A DNA stretch of 64,000 nt, from NCBI RefSeq assembly GCF_038025025.1, contig NW_027117338.1:3162001-3226000 (forward strand), in the 5' to 3' direction. Under the pieces are notes generated by a model. The model had not been told where the DNA came from, made no database searches, and saw nothing but the letters and a program-made list of their open reading frames with translations. Every line of letters starts with the position of its first letter. Positions within the stretch are counted from its first letter, which is position 1. This DNA comes from Phyllosticta citribraziliensis (Eukaryota). The position numbers and the translations under genes are program-made. This document shows, piece after piece, positions 1 through 13,058 of the stretch.

Positions 1-2274
1 GGCATGCCCAGGAACCGTGACGAGATGCTGCCCATCATGCAATTCTTCGCCCGGCGCTTGCGCAGCGTGAGAGGCGTCCCGGCGGGCGCCGTGGAACTGT
101 CGTGAGTCTCATGACGAACTCATGGACGCCTCGACGCCCCAAAGTGTGGAGTGTGGCGGAGCGGAGAAGTGGAGAGTGTCGTCTCATGAGAAGTGTTCGC
201 GACTGACCGGAGACGGCCATCGACGAGTATCGACACCCCGTATCCACAGTTGATGTCGGGGTCTCCGACGATTGCTGTCACGACGCGATGGTCCAGGTGG
301 CGCCAAGCAGCGAATGAAGTCACTGCGTCCTGGCCCCTCGTCGTGAGTTGCTCAGGGGTCCAGCTTTCGGCATGAGTTGCCGGGTTCGCCCGCCCCCAAG
401 TTGCCATCCAGGGCTTCTGCCCCAGTGGAGAGGGCTGGTGAGGCGCAGTCTCCAGGCACAGCCTCACCCACGTAGCGTAGACGTAGACGTAGCTGCTGCC
501 GGCAGTCGCCTCGGATCATCCGAAAGCAGGAATATCCATCCATCGTAGCAGAAGAAAGCAGCCTTCTTGTACCGACCGATAGGTTGCACCGCACCAGCTT
601 CAATGACATGACAGAGCCCCATAAATGCAGCTCATCCCTTGACACTCGCCCGGCGACAATTCACCAGCAACCAGCTTCGTCCTGTCATCTAGAGACGAGG
701 CACCAACCTGAACTGACCATGAACACTGGCAAGCTGCTCAGATAACAGAGTAAAAGTAGCGTTGGCGCGACTTCTGGCGATTACCAAAACGTTTGGGATG
801 AACATGTAAATCGAGCTGTGCAGCTCACGACTTTCATCTCTTCTAATTGTGACGCGGTTGTGTCTCTCTAGGTGTACCTTACCTTGCGCGCAGTACGCAT
901 CATCTCTCTCTCTTCATCTGTATTGACTGCTGTCGTTTGAAGAGGTAACAGTGAAAAAATAAAACCACGCAGCCTTTCAAATTTCCTAGCAGCGATGGCT
1001 ATTCGCAGCTCGCCAGCCCGCTTCACCTCCAACACCACATCAGCCCACACCCTCACTCCCCATCTCAATCTCAATCTCCCAGTCCTCCATCAAAACCACT
1101 CCCTCTCCATCCATCCACCTCGCCACCGCGCTTCTGCTCGAGCCACGACTGGGCGACTACCACGCCGCCAACCCGTACCTACCTGCTGTTGACCAAACCC
1201 AACGATTGTGCTACGCAAGAAACGGAATGCCGAGAGTCCGACGCTGCACGAGAGCACGTACGTGGCGATCGGAGAAGGTCTAGCAGGCGCAGGAGCGCGC
1301 ACCCAGCGCAAAAGAGCGCCGGGCTGGGCAGCTGGCATGACGGACGGAGAAATTGCGGCAAGTGACGTTGCTTCCATTGCCCTGCTCAGAAGGCCGTTTT
1401 CTTAGGATGCAACGACCGCTGAGGCGCTGAAGGTCCCCCGCGAAGACGACGACGATGAGGGCCGTGGAGCCGAGGCAGACTGGCAGTCTGGGGTAGAGCG
1501 GAGGGACGCGCCGACGCGAACTTTTGGGAGCCATGGCCAAAGACGAGAAGGCGGATGGAGTGGAGATCGTGAGTGGCACCTGGACGTCAACAGATCGATC
1601 GTCGGTGTCAGAAAGATATCACGGCCCTCTGCTTCTCCTGATCCCTTGTCTACGCATACCTTCTCGCCCAACACATACTCAACGTTCGAAGCCTGGTGCC
1701 AAAAACTACCCAGACCGCAGACTGCTATCCCCGACCTTGCCTGGTATACCTCCAACGTACTTAATGAAAGAGAAATGAGCCCTGTGATCTAATCCTTCGA
1801 CCCGTCCATCCATCCATCCCACCCTGCCTTCCACCGCCCCTTGTCCCACATGCCCTGCACCCCTGACCGACCGTACGGCCCGTGGACAAGGGCAGGAAGA
1901 GGGATGCGTGTTTCTGAGACGCTGCGTTGCGGTGCGGCCCGTCCCGCGGCGCTCCATAATGCATGATGCATGCGTGGCTCCCACTTAATGCATTGTGTAA
2001 GTGTCTCATGTCTGTCTATCAACCTTCGCCACATCCCGTCTTCATGTTATCTCGTCTCATCTACATGCATGCCTATACTTCTATCGACAGTAGCAGCAGC
2101 TAGCACAGATCCAACATCGTCCACTCACCAGGGTATCCCCAGAACACCGCCACCACTCGAACGACCCCAAAACCTCACCACAAACTAAAAACCACCCCTT
2201 GCGCCTCCCCCAACACAAGGCACCCCCTCTCCCACCTACGCGCGCGCATCACAACATCTAGATCAAACTCATCC

Positions 2275-3763
2275 TCAAATCTTCGGCTCGGCGCTGACAA
2301 ACCCATTGACGACGGCCGCCATGAGCTGGTTCGCAATCGCCGTCGAAGGCGGCACGCGCAGCGCGCCAGGCGTGTACTCGGGCCCGGGTTCCTCGCCCAG
2401 GCCGCTCGTGCCCGTCTTCAGCGACTCGCGGATTTCGTCGAACGAGAACCACCGCGCGTCCTCCAGCTCGGCGTCGTGGCCGAGATGGATGTCTTCGCCG
2501 CCGGGTATCGACTGCCCGATGGCGCCGATCATCAAATTGGCTGGGTAAGGCCACTGTGCTCACGTCAGAACAACATGTCCGATGTTGAGTTCGCATGTTG
2601 GCGCAGGACGGTACTCACAGGCTGTGTGGAGTGAATGACGACGCGGCCAAGGTGGATACCTGACTCTTCCCACACCTCGCGGCGAACGGCCTCCTCAACC
2701 GACTCGGCGGGTTCGAGGAAGCCCGCCAGCGTGCTATACCAGTGCGGCGGCCAGCGGCGTTGACGCCCCAGCAGCATCCTTTGCCCGTCCGACGACACGA
2801 CGGCCATGATAACGGTGGGATCGGTGCGGGGGAAGCACAGGTTGGAGACTCCAACGCGCGTTGCGCAAGGGGGGCGGTCAGGGGCGTCCGCGGCGTCGGC
2901 GAGGCGGTCGGCTAGGTCCTTGGGCGGACACGTCCGCTTGAAGCCGCCATTGACAGACAGCGTCTTGTGGCCGCAGCCGCCGCAAAAGGGGTTGCGGGCG
3001 TTCCAGTCGAGCAGGTGGCGGCCTTCGGCGTAGATGGCGGCTGTGGGGGGCGGGAAGCGTGAGTCGTAGATGGTCGGCACTGCGGCGGCAGGTTATCACA
3101 TACCTTCCTCGGCGACGAGGGACAGCTGCATCCGACCTTGGGCAAAGTAGACTCCCGTGTCTTCCAAGCGCTTGATGAGCTGCTCGGCGGCTTCCGTGAC
3201 GCTCGCCCGCGGAGTCACGTCGACGGCCCAGTACGGCTGCCCGCTATATCTCTCCTTGTACACGAGACCCTCGCTCTTCTTCTTCTCGTCTATGCCGAGG
3301 AACACGAGCTGCGGCTGGTATATCGACGAGTTGTACTGCTTCACCAGCTCGTCCTCGGACCGCGTGTACGGGTCGCCGAGGACCGACTTTATCTCGTTGT
3401 ACCCCACATAGTGCAGCCGCTCCGAGCTCTTGACCAGCGGGTTCAAGTTGTTGTACAGGACAAACCGCGACGACTCGTGCTTCAGGGCCTGGGACAGAAA
3501 CGCTGTGTCGGGGCGCAAGAACGAGACGCGGTTCAACGGAGATCCTGGCCGTGGAGTGACGTCAACGACCAAACTTTTGGGAGCGCGAGCATGGAAATCC
3601 GCCCGCGTCGCAGTCTCTACGCACCGGCAAAGTAGTTGGCGACCTCCTTGCCAAACTTGCGTGCGAGCATCGAGTCGAGCTGGGCGTGCGCGGGCTCGGG
3701 CAAGTCTGGGATGGGCACTTTGGCTTTGGTGGCGGCGGCGGCGTTGTTGGTGTTGGTGGACAT
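2275..3763 (-). CDS. NPY1: NADH pyrophosphatase / NudC-family Nudix hydrolase (4 exons)
   Basis: Zinc-ribbon FCGGCG, FPRTDPTVIM, Nudix box LAGFLEPAESVEEAVRREVWEESG, STQP-WPYPANLMIG. GT-AG introns at 3545-3624, 3041-3103 and 2554-2618. Ends -PKI, which resembles a PTS1 peroxisomal signal. Confidence 0.93.
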
Positions 3764-4128
3764 GGCCGCGAGTTTATACTGCTCGAGATAGGAGGTCAAT
3801 TGCATGCACGACCGAGTTTCGACCGGGAGACTGGCGCAAGATCAGGGGTCACCGCAACAAGAAGGGGTGGGTAGGGAAACGAGGAGGAGGAAAATGTTCA
3901 ATCAGAAATGGGAGCGTAGTAGGACTGTGCCTCGGGTTTACAAATCAACGAGCGGAGCGACGTGCAGTGGACGCGGGGAGTTGCCGTCATCGGCTGCCGC
4001 TCCAGCTGTCCACGTCCTTATCGATAGCGGCGAGCTGCCTGAGGTGCCCTGCTGGCGGAAAATAGTTAGCTGGAGCTCTTGCGCAGAACACCAACATCCC
4101 GTCATCTTCCCATTGCAACGCATCCACC

Positions 4129-5113
4129 ATGGCTATCCAGATTCTGAACCGCGCGCCCGACCTCGCCGACTTTACGCCTCTCCAGGAGCACCAGGAGTCG
4201 ACGCCCGGCGTCTTCTTCGGCGGCAAGCCCGTCCTCCACCTGCGCGCGCCGCACGCGACGCTCGTCCAGCCAAAGCACATTGGCGCCGCCGCGACGTGGC
4301 CGGCCTTTCAAAGCAGCTCGGCGACCAATGGCCAAAGCACGACCAATGGCGACGCAGGCGAGAGCGACGAGACGGTCACGGTCGGCGGCGTCGACGTGTT
4401 TGTGACGTCCGAGTACGCCCTCCGCTGCCATGCTAGAATTGATGAGGGTAAAGTGCTGACGGGGCCATTGCAGACGCCTCATTCTTTTCTCATCCGCCTC
4501 GTCGACCGGCGCCTCGATACCCTACCCGACCATCAGCCTGCACGCCATCCAGCGCCTCGACACCGGCCTCGTCGCTCAAACGCAACACACGCACGGCATC
4601 TACATGCAACTGCTGCTGTCGGAGCCGCGCGGCGTCGACGACGAAGACGTCGAGACGCTCGAATTGACGCTCGTGCCTGGCGCCGACGTCGAGGTGCCCG
4701 GAGCTCCCCCGACGACGAGCGAGGCTCCGGCAAGCGCAGAAGGCGCCGCAGCCAGCGACACCGAGACCACAACGACGCCGACGCAGCGGCTCTTTGCTGC
4801 CCTGTCTACTTGCGCTGACCTTAACCCGGACCGCTCGGACGACGAGGGCGAAGGCGGTGCTGGCGACGACTATCCCGCGCCTGGCACGGGCGGCTGGATC
4901 ACGGCGGACAACATGGACGAGTTTGCGGACGCAGAGGGCGAGTTCGCTGGGTTTGGCGGCATACCGGTGCTGGGCGACATGGCCGGAGCGAGCGGAGAGG
5001 TGCCGGTCGTCGCTGGGACGGTCAGGTCGAGGGAAGAGGAGGAGGACGGCGGTGAGGGCGACGGCGAGGAGGCGGGTGAGGGCGAGGAGACGAAGTGGAG
5101 ACGGACGGGATAG
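4129..5113 (+). CDS. LOT5: pICln/Voldacs-domain protein (Lot5-like)
   Basis: N-terminus FTPLQEHQESTPGVFFGGKPVLHL; after intron 4413-4473 reads GASIPYPTISLHAIQR, IYMQL, LFAALSTCADLNPD, GGWITADNM, with an acidic tail ending KWRRTG. Confidence 0.85.
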
Positions 5114-6535
5114 AATTGGACGTTGATCATGGGGGAGAACACTGGAGAGAAAAAGAAGAAAAGGTCGCATAGGATGCGTTGGATGAAGCTTGATGTTCAA
5201 GCGGTGGTTGGATTTGCGCCGCCGCCCATCCATTATTTCCGCTCCATCCCATATTGCCTGCCGTACAGCACGCTCGCTGAACAGCTAAACAGCTGGGCAG
5301 ACTGCATGGCAGACTCTATGGCATGGATAGCAGACCACGCGACCAAAATACAGACAGACAGGCAGGCAGGCAGGTAGGCAGGCAGACATACGCGAAGCGC
5401 ATCAATACCCCTACAACTCAGACTCAGACTCAGACGACAGACGAAATAGAGATGTGGCATCAGCCCACCCACCGCCCCCACCGCGCAGCCCCTCCTCCAC
5501 TTTCTCACCCCCTCATTCACAAGTCTCACCCCGGTCAAATCTTGTAACCATCACACCTTGATGGCCTGACCTGACCTATGTAACCTGCCTGACACCCCGC
5601 CAGGTTGTGGAGTCTCCACGGTCCACAGTCCACAGTCCACAGTCCAGCCCACGCCGCGTTTGGCAGTGACCATGTGGGGCGCGCGCGCGCGGGCGCGGAG
5701 AGAGAGTCATGGAGCTAGCTATAAAGCTACCGCAATAATATGTAGGGTGGGGGTAACACCTCAGCCCCCTGCTTCCCTCATCCTCCCTCATCCCCGTCGT
5801 CCATCTCCTCCGCTTCGCCTCGCCTCCGTTGTCGGCGACATGTCTGGCTGGCGTGGGGGGAGGAAGCCGAGTCCAGGCACGAGCACGCAAACCTCCCCCC
5901 CAAATGTTGAGGCCCGCTAAATTGCTAGGCATGCGCCCACCCACCCACTCACCCACATCCCACGCGCGCGTGAAGAATCTCCAAAAGCAAGTTGACTGAC
6001 GGCGGGAAAAAGTTCCGGTTGAGGTGCTACAGCAGGAACGGCAACGGCACGCTGGCCGGCCGGCCGGCCGCAAGGGAGACGACGATCGACCTATGTAGGT
6101 AAGGTAGGTACCTACCTTAGCTGCGCTGCGCTGCGAACCACTCGTGTCCGCAGGGCAGGCGGGCAGCTTGACAGGGCAGGGCAGGGCAGGGCGGGCGAGC
6201 GGAAGGAAGGAAGGAAGGAAGCTAATGCAGCGCCGGTCGTTGCACCGCGTCATGCAATGCACGCCAAGTAGACGACGACGACATCACTTCATAAGAAGAG
6301 GGAAAAGATAGGTAGTTTATTGGAGATAATTGATTTGATTCGTGTCGCGTATATACGTTTCTAGATCTCGTGGCCTCGCTCAAGACGAACAATCATGTCT
6401 ATGTAGCCATCCAAGCACAAGCTTTTTTTGTAGAGAAACAAAAAACGTCCAGGCTTATTTTCCAAAGGGATATAATCTCAATGGTAGTGGTAAGAAACAA
6501 CAAGAGGAAAGGGGTATTAATAGACGACGAGGAGC

Positions 6536-7587
<1,052 letters not shown>

Positions 7588-8903
7588 GATGATGGATGGG
7601 ATTGGAGGTGAGGATGGAGGTGTGTTTGGAAAGTTGAAGTGAGGAGATGGGGATTGTTGGATTGAGGGTGGTGAAGATGATGAGAAGGAAGATGAATTGT
7701 CGGGGAGAGGCTGGCTCTTTAAGAAGGGCACCGCAGGCTTCGGAGGTCGTCTGGTGAGGTCCATGCAGTGTCCTGGTCGCGGGGCGGGAGCTATGTCATG
7801 GCGGTGGGGACCGTTGAACGGAGCAAACGGCCAATGGCGTCGCGAGGTGCGAGAGCCGATGACGTGTGACAGGCGGCAGGAGCCCCGCGGCCCAGACCAC
7901 TGCCGGTGCTCCCCTCGAGCTGCTCCCCCTCATCCATCACCACCACGACAACCTCTGCCTCGCTGGCCCAGCACTGCATCTCGAGCGACGAGAGTAAGCT
8001 GCATCGAACGCGCCGTCTTCCTTTCATCCCATTGTCACGTTTTGGCCACCTCACAACCTCTGGCGGGCGCAACAAGCCCTCTCGACCGTCATCACATCGC
8101 GATCTCAAGCGTCCCAATGACACAAGCCGCCCCGCCCGCCCTCATCCCGTACCGTACCAGACCCGACCAGTCCTCCGCGCTCCGGCCCAGCTTCGGCCCA
8201 CCAACTTCCAAACCGGGAATTGTGGGCCCAAATGTCACTGTCGCGTCGCTACTCACGGCCTCCATCATCACCAGCATCGTCATCTCATCGCCATGATCGT
8301 ATTCCAGCGCCTCTCATCGAAATGATTGATCAGTGCATCCGTCCATTTCCATTGCATCACCACTTCTTCCTCATCTTCACCCTCAACCCGACACCTCCTC
8401 CACCCACACCATGCCTCGTCCCTGGCCCGCCCTGAGCCTATCCCGACTCTCGTGCCATTCGCTCCGACTCAACACCATCTGTTCCGCTTTGCAACCACGT
8501 CTTCTCAGGCATGCGTCGCCACGAGGCTGCCGGCTCTCAGCTCGTGTCTCACACTGCGACAACCACCCACGGAGACCCTTCAGCTAAACAATCCAGGTAG
8601 GCAATTCTCCTCCAAGCCTTGTCTTCTCTTCTCTCTCGAAAATGTCCATCCTCCATCCCTTGCTTTCTCGTCGTTGCTTGGGGTCATCTGATGGGCTTGC
8701 ATTCCTCGCTCTGTTTGGACCGAGTACATGCCACAGTAGAACAAATTACAAGCCTCAATCTCGCTCGACTCTCCTCTCTTCTTTTCAACTCAACATGTCC
8801 TCCATTCTCTGTGCTATTGAATTGTTCCCTTCGTTTCCGCGGCCACCGTCGACTCTACAATACCCTGGAATCCGTCCCTCTCACTAATCCTGCCGGCCTG
8901 GCC

Positions 8904-11900
8904 ATGGCTGCTCTCCTGCCACGCGACCCCGAGCCCGCCTCGAGCATCCCGCCCGGCGTGTGGGTCGCCATCGGCGTCTCCGTCTTCATCATCGTCGTCG
9001 CCTTTGTCTGCATGGTCCTGCTGCTTATGCGAGCAACCCAGTCCCATCGGAAACTTTTGGCAGATCTCGAGCAAAGGGGCATTCGTCTGGGTCAGCAGGT
9101 TGAGCACTTGGGAGGAGATGGCGTCTCGAGACCTCGAGCGGTTTTACGTCGAAATGTTCTTTTGCCCTACAACAACAATGCCGCTTGGGGAACTCTGCCA
9201 TCCAGGGATTCGCTCGGCCGTTCTCAGTCGTCCATATCCAAGGCCCAGACGTCAAGCACGACAACCACGGCGCCGAGGACACAAGGCAAGAAAGGATGGT
9301 CCTTTACCAGACGATCCAAACGTCAACCCAAGCACATTGTACTCGAAAAGGTCCGGACTGGTCACCTATCCGCCATTATCGAAAGTCCTGTTCCTAGGCG
9401 CGACACTTCTGTCTCGAATCTCCACGACATTCAGGAAATCACAACTCCAGTAGACTCACTCCCGCCCAGGCTCCAACTCGGGTTCACTGAAGGATCTCCC
9501 ATTTCGACCCTGTGTGCTCCCAGGATCAGCAGCGCGCCAAACTCGGCACCCGACTTGACACAGCTCAGATTACCCGCTACGTCCAACGTCGATCGCATCT
9601 CGTCTTCTGGAACCGTGGTGCGCTCCCCAAAGAGAATGATTCGATCCAATTCCGTTCCTTCCGTGGGATCCAGTCTGCACGATCTCCATGGCACCAGGGG
9701 TCTCCGCAATGGAAGCGTCACCAATCGCTACTCTGGAAGTGCACCAGGTGATCCTGTGCCTCCACTGCCGCTCAAGCTCCGTCGTGATCGATCAATGAGC
9801 AACATGGAATACAGCCCCTCGCGTCGTTCAGTGTCGAGCTACGAGTCTGCTACGAGCTCAATCCTCATCACTGGAAGCCCGTCTGCCCACCGCAGCCCCC
9901 ACGCCAAGTTGAAGCAAAGCCCTGGACACGAACTGCACAAATCCCTTGTTCTCAAAGGCCCGCGTCCCCTGATACAGTCCCTTCACAAGAGCAGCCAATC
10001 TGTCCCCTGTCACTTTAGAGAAAATTCGATCAGAAGCAACGTTGCTCGTCTGAGCATGCAAGACATGACAACGCACTCGCGCCATGGCAGCGGAGACTCT
10101 GTCAAGAGCGATTCCCCCAAGACGGCTGATGCACAGCAACAATCGATTCATAATCGATCCGACAATAGTCTGACTGGAAATACGCCTCGCAGACAGTCCC
10201 GCTCCCAAGTTACTCTGGAGGGCTCTCCAACCGAACGCGTTCGATCAAGCGCTCCTGCCGATGGCTTCGAGGGCGCTCCGACCCACCAGCTCTCACGCGC
10301 CTCGACAAATGCATCTTCCAGTAGTAGCAATGGCAATCCGTTTCAATGGGATCCCACCCCTATGCAGTCTGGCAAGCCAGCTCTCCCAAGAAAAAGCCCG
10401 GACAGGAAAAAGGCACACCGTCGTCAAAACTGCATTCGTGTTTCCATCGGTCCCAACAACGCTGCCGGAGGTCACAGCTCCACGATGAGTGGCATTGAAG
10501 AAGAGCCATCTAACAGCTCACATCGCAAGCAACCTTCAAATGAGCCAGAAATGATCTATCTGGACACGCGTCCGCTGCCACGCCCACCAAGTGCCGGAGT
10601 CTTTGAGCCAGAGTTACGTTTTGATCCCACCAAAATCAGAGCCGCGCTCTCCACGGGATCTCCCACGTTGTCAATGACCAACTACCGCAGAGACTCTGCA
10701 GAGACATCTCCTCGCCGACACTCTGAGATGAGCACTGGCTCAGGCTTCAGCATCCCGACCTTTCCCAGTCCTGGTAGCAGTCAGCCGGCCACGTCCCAAT
10801 CAACATATGCCCTGCCAGCAGCCAGCGAGACGAGTGAACTACCAGACGCCGGCTTCTTCAAGATGTCGGCAGATGAGATGATTGGCCAAGCCCGAGACAA
10901 TCAAACCAGGAAGGATTCCTCTTATCAAGGAGTTTTCGATGTCTCGCCGCCCAATGCTTCTCCTGTTGAAGCTTCCTCCAACCCCATGACACCGCTTGAG
11001 ACGGTTCGGCCAAAGTCGTCCATGCCGAGACTGGTGCAGACACCTCCCGCTATTGCAGACCCGACAACGGCTGGAGCTCAAGCCGATAGTGAGCCCAACT
11101 CGTCTCCCCCGATCCTGCCACAGAAGAGCCCCTTTAGATCCAGCGTTCCTTCACCAGAACGCGCAAATGGCCGTCGGTCTGGCGGTTTGATGGGCCCGCG
11201 CACCGAGCCAGCCAAGGACCTCCGCAAGACGGTGGCCGAGTTGCGTCGGATGAACAGCGACGCTGATGACGAGCACCGCACGAGCCGTCGATACCGGCAA
11301 CTGGGTCGTGAATCCACCATGATCGCGCTGGACGCGGATGAGGAGCTCCCAGCAGACAACGAAGCAAGGCGAAAGCGGCACAAGAATGGCAAGATTGGAG
11401 GCAGCATCAGAGCTAGCCAGTCACTCGTCATTCCAACATCTGCCTTTCGAATGGTGACCGATTTGGAAGATGTCGACATTGTCGATGCGCCTCGCCATAG
11501 CACGAGAGATTTTAGTCGCTCGTCTGCGTCGCTCCCTGCTCTCTCTACCGACACCAGTCCCACTTCTTCTCCTTTGGGCCTTGGAATAGCTTTTGAGAGA
11601 CCAGATGCTGCTCAGGGGACTTCTACCCCAGGGAAAAGGACGCCTAACCGCACGTCGAAGACGAAGAGCAGGACCAAAAGTCAAATGACAAGCAACAGCT
11701 ATACTTCGCTCACAGACCTGATGCGCGCCTCGTCCTCGGACATTTTCGACAGACGCGAACCCCGTCCCACAAGTACCAATACGCGAGCCCAAGCAGAATG
11801 GGGAGTCGTGCTTGGAGGGGCCTCGTCTGCCGCAGCCCCTAGATCCATTGCCGAAATCACCTCCACGCCCACCGTCAAGATGGTCAACCCGACTACTCCG

Positions 11901-13058
11901 CATACAGGAGGAAGCAGTCGGTACAGCGGCAGCGTGTGGGAAGACGGCGAGAGTTTCTGGGAGACGCCGTCTGTGCAGGAACAGCGGGAGAGCGACAAGC
12001 AGCGGGAGGGGAGCTCGCCAGGCTCACGCGTGCTGAGCGAACTCCTCCCTGAGACGCCCGTTAACCGCAGCGAGAAGAGGGCGAGAAAATCGCGCTCGAC
12101 AATGGCGGCCGATGACAGCGACGTCGAAAACCGCACGCCCCCCGGCGCCACTTCCACCACACAGTCCGGATCCGCTCGTTCAACAATAGAACACCCCCCC
12201 AAACACGCGCGCAGCAAACCCAAACCCAAACCCACCATCTCCATCTCCATCCCCTCCCTCCCCTCCACCGCGTCCCTCCCCGCCTCGCCCCTAACCACCA
12301 CCCCCATCCGCCCCCCGACGCCGCCCCGCTCGCAGTCGCAATCCCGATCGCGCTCGCAGTCGCGCTCGTCCCGCCGCGCCTCGTTCCACTCGACCCGCTC
12401 GCACCGCTCACAGAGCCAGCCTTCCGTGTCGCGCTACGACAAGAGCTCGCCCGTCCCGTCGCCCGCGCCCTCGCTGCACGGGCGAAGCGCCGCCAACGGC
12501 TCGCCGCACACGCCGCGCGGCCGCTTTGGCCGCTGGATTGCCGCGGGCTTGGGCAGCGCCGGTGCTGAGGCGAATAGCGGTCCCAGTACGGCGGTGGCAG
12601 GGAAGTCAACGAAGGAGAAGGAGAAGCAGAAGGAGAAGGAGAGCAGCAGAGGCAAGCGCGGCGGCCGCAAGTGGCGCGGCTCGAGCAAACGCTCCGACAA
12701 CGACAACGACAACGACACGGACGCCAACGTCGGCGCCGTCAACTCGCAAACGCAGAAGCCCAAGCCCGCCAAAGAGCGCACCAGCCTGCGCGTGCTCCGC
12801 GGCCGGCGCTCCGTCGTCTCGCAGCAGCAGAAGCACGCCGGCGTCAGCATCAGCACGCCCATCACCAAGCAGCAGCAGCAGCGCGGCGTGCTGCCCCTGC
12901 TGCCGCGCGTCGTGGTCGAGACGCCGAGTCCGCGCGCGTCGACGCAGTCTGTTGAGTACGGTGATGGGTTGGATGGGAGGGAGAGGGGGGAGAGGCCCAG
13001 GGGCAGTCGCGTTACGGTTGTTGGGGATGAGAGTGAGGCGGAGGGCGCGCTGTTTTGA
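8904..13058 (+). CDS. Large single-pass membrane protein with long Ser/Pro/Arg-rich disordered tail (hypothetical)
   Basis: Uninterrupted ~1380-codon ORF from a GCCATGG start. Hydrophobic helix VWVAIGVSVFIIVVAFVCMVLLLM followed by basic residues; otherwise low-complexity, with short islands such as NGNPFQWD and KKAHRRQNCIRVS. Confidence 0.75.
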   Translation: MAALLPRDPEPASSIPPGVWVAIGVSVFIIVVAFVCMVLLLMRATQSHRKLLADLEQRGIRLGQQVEHLGGDGVSRPRAVLRRNVLLPYNNNAAWGTLPSRDSLGRSQSSISKAQTSSTTTTAPRTQGKKGWSFTRRSKRQPKHIVLEKVRTGHLSAIIESPVPRRDTSVSNLHDIQEITTPVDSLPPRLQLGFTEGSPISTLCAPRISSAPNSAPDLTQLRLPATSNVDRISSSGTVVRSPKRMIRSNSVPSVGSSLHDLHGTRGLRNGSVTNRYSGSAPGDPVPPLPLKLRRDRSMSNMEYSPSRRSVSSYESATSSILITGSPSAHRSPHAKLKQSPGHELHKSLVLKGPRPLIQSLHKSSQSVPCHFRENSIRSNVARLSMQDMTTHSRHGSGDSVKSDSPKTADAQQQSIHNRSDNSLTGNTPRRQSRSQVTLEGSPTERVRSSAPADGFEGAPTHQLSRASTNASSSSSNGNPFQWDPTPMQSGKPALPRKSPDRKKAHRRQNCIRVSIGPNNAAGGHSSTMSGIEEEPSNSSHRKQPSNEPEMIYLDTRPLPRPPSAGVFEPELRFDPTKIRAALSTGSPTLSMTNYRRDSAETSPRRHSEMSTGSGFSIPTFPSPGSSQPATSQSTYALPAASETSELPDAGFFKMSADEMIGQARDNQTRKDSSYQGVFDVSPPNASPVEASSNPMTPLETVRPKSSMPRLVQTPPAIADPTTAGAQADSEPNSSPPILPQKSPFRSSVPSPERANGRRSGGLMGPRTEPAKDLRKTVAELRRMNSDADDEHRTSRRYRQLGRESTMIALDADEELPADNEARRKRHKNGKIGGSIRASQSLVIPTSAFRMVTDLEDVDIVDAPRHSTRDFSRSSASLPALSTDTSPTSSPLGLGIAFERPDAAQGTSTPGKRTPNRTSKTKSRTKSQMTSNSYTSLTDLMRASSSDIFDRREPRPTSTNTRAQAEWGVVLGGASSAAAPRSIAEITSTPTVKMVNPTTPHTGGSSRYSGSVWEDGESFWETPSVQEQRESDKQREGSSPGSRVLSELLPETPVNRSEKRARKSRSTMAADDSDVENRTPPGATSTTQSGSARSTIEHPPKHARSKPKPKPTISISIPSLPSTASLPASPLTTTPIRPPTPPRSQSQSRSRSQSRSSRRASFHSTRSHRSQSQPSVSRYDKSSPVPSPAPSLHGRSAANGSPHTPRGRFGRWIAAGLGSAGAEANSGPSTAVAGKSTKEKEKQKEKESSRGKRGGRKWRGSSKRSDNDNDNDTDANVGAVNSQTQKPKPAKERTSLRVLRGRRSVVSQQQKHAGVSISTPITKQQQQRGVLPLLPRVVVETPSPRASTQSVEYGDGLDGRERGERPRGSRVTVVGDESEAEGALF

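Noticed and set aside
1..645. Short ORFs on both strands at the window start
   Set aside because: No recognisable motif or consistent splice model; cannot support a gene call.
5350..6300. Dense short repeats (GCAG, CAGACT, AGTCCAC, GGAA) between LOT5 and the SDR gene
   Set aside because: Simple microsatellites typical of all intergenic DNA in this window.
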